From Podarcis melisellensis (taxonomy: Eukaryota), in NCBI GenBank assembly GCA_964234715.1, contig OZ174290.1: DNA of 64,000 nt; one strand, written 5' to 3'. Below, piece by piece: positions 63,640-64,000 of the stretch. How positions within the stretch are numbered: the first letter of the stretch is position 1; each line of letters opens with the position of its first letter. The notes below the pieces were generated by a model. That model was not told where the DNA came from, ran no database searches, and saw nothing but the letters and a program-made list of their open reading frames with translations. The position numbers were made by a program, and so were the translations under genes.

Positions 63640-64000
63640 GGGGAGTCCCAAGAGCCAGCGCCCGCCGGGGGGCTGCTCAGGGGCGCTCTGCACATGCTCA
63701 GGGGCGCTCCCTCCCTCCCCTCGGCCGCTCACCGCCCGGCGTGGTCCCGAAGAGGGTTCCGCCCGGCGTGGTGCTGTAGTCGCCGGGAGGCAGCGCGGCT
63801 CCGTCGGGCAGGATCAGCCGCTTGGCGGGGCCGGGGATGTCCCTGCCCAGCGTCGGCCCCTGAGGCGGGTGAGGGCGGCAGCAGCTGGCGGCGGACATGG
63901 CGGAGGCGCTCGCGGACCAGAAGATGCGCGACCAGACGCTCGCTCTCCCTCTCGGTCTCAGCGCCCCACGGCCACGCCCACTTGGCTTACGGCGCCGCGC
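63640..64000 (-). promoter_or_regulatory. EIF4EBP1 CpG island / 5' region
   Basis: Very high GC and CpG density around exon 1, continuing to the window edge. Confidence 0.75.
63733..63898 (-). CDS. EIF4EBP1: EIF4EBP1 exon 1 (MSAASCC...RDIP...DYSTTPGGTLFGTTPG)
   Basis: gccATG in a CpG island; T37/T46-equivalent TP motifs; donor G|GTGAG. Confidence 0.95.

Larger units (their letters stand above)
51647..63898 (-). other. EIF4EBP1: EIF4EBP1 gene span (123 aa, 3 coding exons)
   Basis: 166+174+32 = 372 nt in frame; [13 protein letters not shown] is 4E-BP1-type; syntenic with ASH2L. Confidence 0.95.

Overview
Vertebrate genomic DNA from a squamate, most likely a lacertid lizard (several Podarcis/Lacerta-type Sauria SINEs plus BovB, CR1, L2, L1, Rex1 and hAT/Tc1-mariner MITEs). 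It holds three spliced genes. (1) The 5' part of ASH2L on the minus strand: ATG at 14352, exons 1-8 down to 537, continuing off the left edge. (2) A complete 3-exon Nodal gene on the plus strand: join 24314..24623, 27602..28416, 30849..31001, 425 aa. (3) A complete EIF4EBP1 CDS on the minus strand: join 63898..63733, 52676..52503, 51678..51647, 123 aa. The ASH2L-Nodal-EIF4EBP1 synteny and the C-x-x-C cysteine spacing identify the Nodal as the paralog that mammals lost (Nodal2 / bird-reptile type). The most interesting signals are regulatory and surround Nodal: an intron-1 FoxH1-Smad-FoxH1 asymmetric-enhancer-like module, a second downstream FoxH1 cluster, a dense upstream E-box array, a hairpin that masks a cryptic truncating micro-exon in intron 2, uORFs, and a squint-DLE-like 3'UTR element. 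There are also several nested or chimeric transposon insertions with exact target-site duplications. All calls are by eye. Repeat family names come from recalled motifs, not database searches. No prokaryotic systems, CRISPR arrays, rRNA or true tRNA genes are evident.
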